A stretch of DNA of 63,527 bases, filler included, from Hyphochytrium catenoides (taxonomy: Eukaryota > Protista > Hyphochytriomycota), in assembly GCA_900088475.1 (NCBI GenBank). It is 4 parts of 4 records of this genome, joined end to end, with 100 filler letters (N's around TTAATTAATTAA, not from the genome) between each part and the next. Parts side by side here need not be neighbours in the genome. Positions count along the whole stretch, not along the records: positions 45,253 to 61,867 come from FLMG01000403.1; positions 61,968 to 63,527 come from FLMG01004434.1; 2 more parts are not named here. The stretch is one strand, 5' to 3'. Below the pieces are notes generated by a model that had not been told where the DNA came from, searched no databases, and saw nothing but the letters and a program-made list of their open reading frames with translations. Position numbers and translations under genes: made by a program. This document shows, in pieces, positions 60,632 through 63,527 of the stretch; within the stretch, counting starts at the first letter, position 1; each line of letters opens with the position of its first letter.

Positions 60632-61207
60632 CTACAAATCAATCAACTCCTGTGATTTAAGCGGAGAAGGAAGTCCAAGAGGTTGCTTACTGGTACCACG
60701 GTCTCGCCTGCAAATGGTTTGGATAGCAACTCTGGGGAGTGTGGTGCGGACCACAACTTCATAGACATAGAATCCTCCTTTTCCCATGACAATGGGATCG
60801 CATAGGCACTCGGAGCGCTGAAGGGTAGACCCAGACACCTCTGCTGCGGATAATTCTACAGGTTTGTCATAGCTATAGGTAGTTGTCTTTAGAGCCCGTA
60901 TAGTCATGCTGGTTTTGGCGCCGTCGAGGAGACTTCCTGAGTCTGCTGGGTCAAAGAGCCCGACATAAATATCGGTGCATCTGGCATCGTTAGCGGGATT
61001 GGGCGATTCGCACATGGTATCGCATCCTCGTAGGGTGAAGATGTATTGCTGGCTGCTTTCAGAACCCATGGCGGCGTTTGGGAACGGGGCTACCCAGGTC
61101 CCGTTGTAGTTTAGCTCGGATGCTGCCTGTGCATAGTCTGTGTTGAGACTAGTAGCCAAGCCGACGGCCAAGAAGATAACAAGCTGTTGGTGGTACTTCA
61201 TCTTCAT
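60632..61207 (-). CDS. Putative secreted Cys-containing hypothetical protein (191 aa as one exon; may splice near 60690)
   Basis: MKMKYHQQLVIFLAVGLATSLNTDYAQA signal-like N-terminus and 6 Cys in a complex beta-rich-looking ORF. Strong GTAAGC donor near the 3' end. Confidence 0.5.
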   Translation of the reverse strand: MKMKYHQQLVIFLAVGLATSLNTDYAQAASELNYNGTWVAPFPNAAMGSESSQQYIFTLRGCDTMCESPNPANDARCTDIYVGLFDPADSGSLLDGAKTSMTIRALKTTTYSYDKPVELSAAEVSGSTLQRSECLCDPIVMGKGGFYVYEVVVRTTLPRVAIQTICRRDRGTSKQPLGLPSPLKSQELIDL

Positions 61208-61689
61208 AGCTCTTTCTGCTGCTCTATCTGTCCTCTGCTGGAGAGTGGAATTTGCATAATGAGACGTCGTAAGAACAGGAGAACGAAGGGTGTATCCGTG
61301 CTCTCGTCTCATGATGGCTGACGGTCCAACCAAGTCTACGAGTACCATCATCAAGAAGGTCATTGTTTCCAGGTCGGTGGTGCTTGCATATCAATAGAAC
61401 TAGCTGTCCGATGCTCCTGTCTGAAGTCTCCTCTTGAACGAAGGATAACGCTGTCATCATTATTGAAACGCAGTGCAGCACCGGTTGCTGTTGGTTCCTC
61501 GTCTGCTGCTGTCCGATGATGGGAGAAATTTTTGGCAGGTCCAAACCAACGAGTGCTACTCTAATAAGGCCCTAGTTCTATGGGGTAAATATTCTATTAG
61601 TTTATAAGATACCTTGAATAATAATAAACGCTTTCGTTTTCCTCAAGATGCCCTGCCCTGCCCTGCCTGGGGGAATAAAATGGCCTGCA

Positions 61690-61831
61690 GTCCGCCTATA
61701 GTCTGCCTATAGTTTTGATACCTATGGTCTGCCTATGTTTTTACTTACAGGGCTCACCTAATAAAGGACTTTACTGCCTATGTTTTTGCCTATGACCTGC
61801 CTATGGTTTTCTCTATAGTCTGCCTATGTTT
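61690..61831 (+). repeat. Degenerate ~11-bp minisatellite, consensus about TGCCTAT(A/G)GT(C/T)
   Basis: Eight CCTAT cores spaced mostly 11-15 bp apart, next to the scaffold end. Confidence 0.75.
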
Positions 61832-61867
61832 AGAAATAGAGTTGCGGTTTTATTAGTTCTATGGTTA

Positions 61868-61967
61868 NNNNNNNNNNNNNNNNNNNNNNNNNNNNNNNNN
61901 NNNNNNNNNNNTTAATTAATTAANNNNNNNNNNNNNNNNNNNNNNNNNNNNNNNNNNNNNNNNNNNN
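61868..61967. other. Artificial scaffold-joining linker
   Basis: 44 N + TTAATTAATTAA + 44 N. Confidence 0.97.
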
Positions 61968-61984
61968 GAGAGAGAAACAGAGAT

Positions 61985-62229
61985 TGAGCCACAATATACA
62001 AGAGAAGCCACTTTGGAGGCTGGTTGACAGCAATACGACAAATAGGAGACACTGTCATCCAGGACAACCAAAGATAACATTCTAAAGCGATATCCAAATA
62101 AAAAAGGAGAAATTTAAGCACAATACACTCATAGTATGGGAGGAGCTGAGCCACAATATACAAAAGAAGCCACTTTGGAGGCTGGTTGGCAGTAGTTTGT
62201 TTTGAAGACATTGTCATCCACCAGGACAG
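61985..62229 (+). repeat. 162-bp-period direct repeat, with a third partial copy at about 63398-63435
   Basis: tgagccacaatatacaa(g/a)agaagccactttggaggctggttg(a/g)cag at 61985 and 62147 (44/46), each followed by gaca(c/t)tgtcatcca. atatacaaaagaagccact recurs at 63398. Confidence 0.85.
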
Positions 62230-62852
62230 AGCTGAACAAGGAAGAAGGAGCATCCAAGTACGGAGAAAGATCAGAAGGGAGAGGGAGGCTGTATACAGCA
62301 GGACATAGAACTAATAAGCTGTGCAAGGATGATACAAAATACAGGAAGCAGCAGCAAAACAAAAGGCAAAAGCAGGAGGACAACTGAGGACACAGAACAA
62401 ACAAGGAGCAATAGCAGCACAGAAAGAAGCATAGACATCACTATCAATGCGACAAACAGAAGTCACTTTGAATGAGCCTGTAGACAAACCCCAGCAACCC
62501 AAAGAGAGACGACAGAGGTAGGCAGAAACAGTAGTGACATAAAACTACCAAAAAATTGACTCGTCAAAAGCCAGGCGCAGACAAGCAAGGCGTACCAAAG
62601 AGAGACGGAAGCAGTGACTGAATACACAAGTAAGGAGCAATAATAGCAGCAGACACCAGCAATCCAACAACAACCATTACCAAGCAAGGTAACAGAAGCA
62701 GCAAAAAAACAAAACACAGTAGCAAGAACAATCAAAGAGCAGGTCACATCAGCAGTGAATGAACAAGCAAGAAGAAGCAAGGGCAGTAGCAGCCCCAACA
62801 AGCATTTACCAAGCCAGGCATTTAAAACAGCAGAAGCAAAGCAGCGCAATGT

Positions 62853-62908
62853 AACTGCTCGCTTACGCTCAGCGCCATCCATCCCGTCGCGCAGCGACGG
62901 GTTCTAAG
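62853..62908 (+). mobile_element. Possible Helitron-like terminal remnant (GC-rich hairpin + CTRR)
   Basis: Perfect 8-bp stem cccgtcgc-gca-gcgacggg (62883-62901) followed by ttCTAAg. Upstream gctcgcttacgctc. A GC-rich island in A-rich DNA. Confidence 0.3.
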
Positions 62909-63044
62909 AATAAATCATCAAAAGCCAAGCACAGAAAAGCAATGCCTAGGAAAGAAAGACAGAGAATAAGCACAAACACACAAAGAAAGGGAGAGGGGAG
63001 AAAGGGAGAAAGGGAGACTTCAAATAAAAAGGCAAATGATGTGT

Positions 63045-63070
63045 GTATGTATGTATGTATGTATGTATGT
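63045..63070 (+). repeat. (GTAT)n microsatellite
   Basis: About six tandem GTAT units. Confidence 0.9.
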
Positions 63071-63527
63071 GTGTATCACTCTAATCCTCAAAGCCAAGCA
63101 GAAAAAAAAATGCAGAAACCCAAAGAAAGACAGCGATCGGTCAGAAACAGTAGTCAAAAGCCAAGCACAAAGAGGCAGTGCACACCAAAGAGAGAGGGCA
63201 CACCACACGAGAGGGCTACACCAAAGAGAGAGGGCTACACAACACACTGCTTCCAAAGAAAAGGCCAAGGCTATCACGAAAAACAAAGGATGGCAGTGCT
63301 CACAAAACGCGATAGAACAAACACTCAGTGCTAATGCTAAGGGCTGTTTTTAATCATCCTAAAAGGAACTACGACAAGTTTAGGAAGCTGAAGAACCATA
63401 TACAAAAGAAGCCACTATGAAAACTGGTCGGCAGGAATACGGCCTTTCTTCCCTACACTAGAAGAGACTTCAGCAAAATATACCGTTCAATATTTACGGT
63501 AATCATTATTAAAAATCATTGACTGCG

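Noticed and set aside
61985-63435. Direct repeats with unique spacers suggesting a CRISPR-like array
   Set aside because: Only 2-3 diverged copies with irregular spacing, no cas genes, and a eukaryotic context.

Overview
This is eukaryotic, intron-rich nuclear DNA, probably from a stramenopile-type protist or alga (inferred from gene content and protein styles). It is not one locus: four scaffolds (1-13135, 13236-45152, 45253-61867, 61968-63527) are joined by artificial 100-bp linkers (44 N + TTAATTAATTAA + 44 N). Most long ORFs in the six-frame track are (GA)n/(CT)n microsatellite artefacts, so I rebuilt the real genes by hand-splicing. Scaffold 1 is microsatellite-saturated and carries a secreted lipocalin, tubulin-folding cofactor C (8 exons) and a 5'-truncated MYB factor. 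Scaffold 2 carries a BAR-PH-ArfGAP-ANK gene, ZPR1, a type II/gamma PI4-kinase (cut by a gap), eEFSec, ATG11/RB1CC1, a tandem Tudor/chromo-barrel-OTU-UIM deubiquitinase and a 5'-truncated AGC kinase. Scaffold 3 carries a GT31 C1GALT1-like galactosyltransferase, orphan or degenerate membrane-protein genes, a 25-bp-stem hairpin and a secreted Cys-containing orphan. Scaffold 4 is repetitive. The best novelty candidates are an eEFSec with a tandemly duplicated C-terminal domain 4, the Royal-family-reader/OTU/UIM architecture, and the pre-miRNA-like hairpin. I found no supportable tRNA, rRNA, CRISPR array or intact transposase, and no convincing multi-gene novel system.
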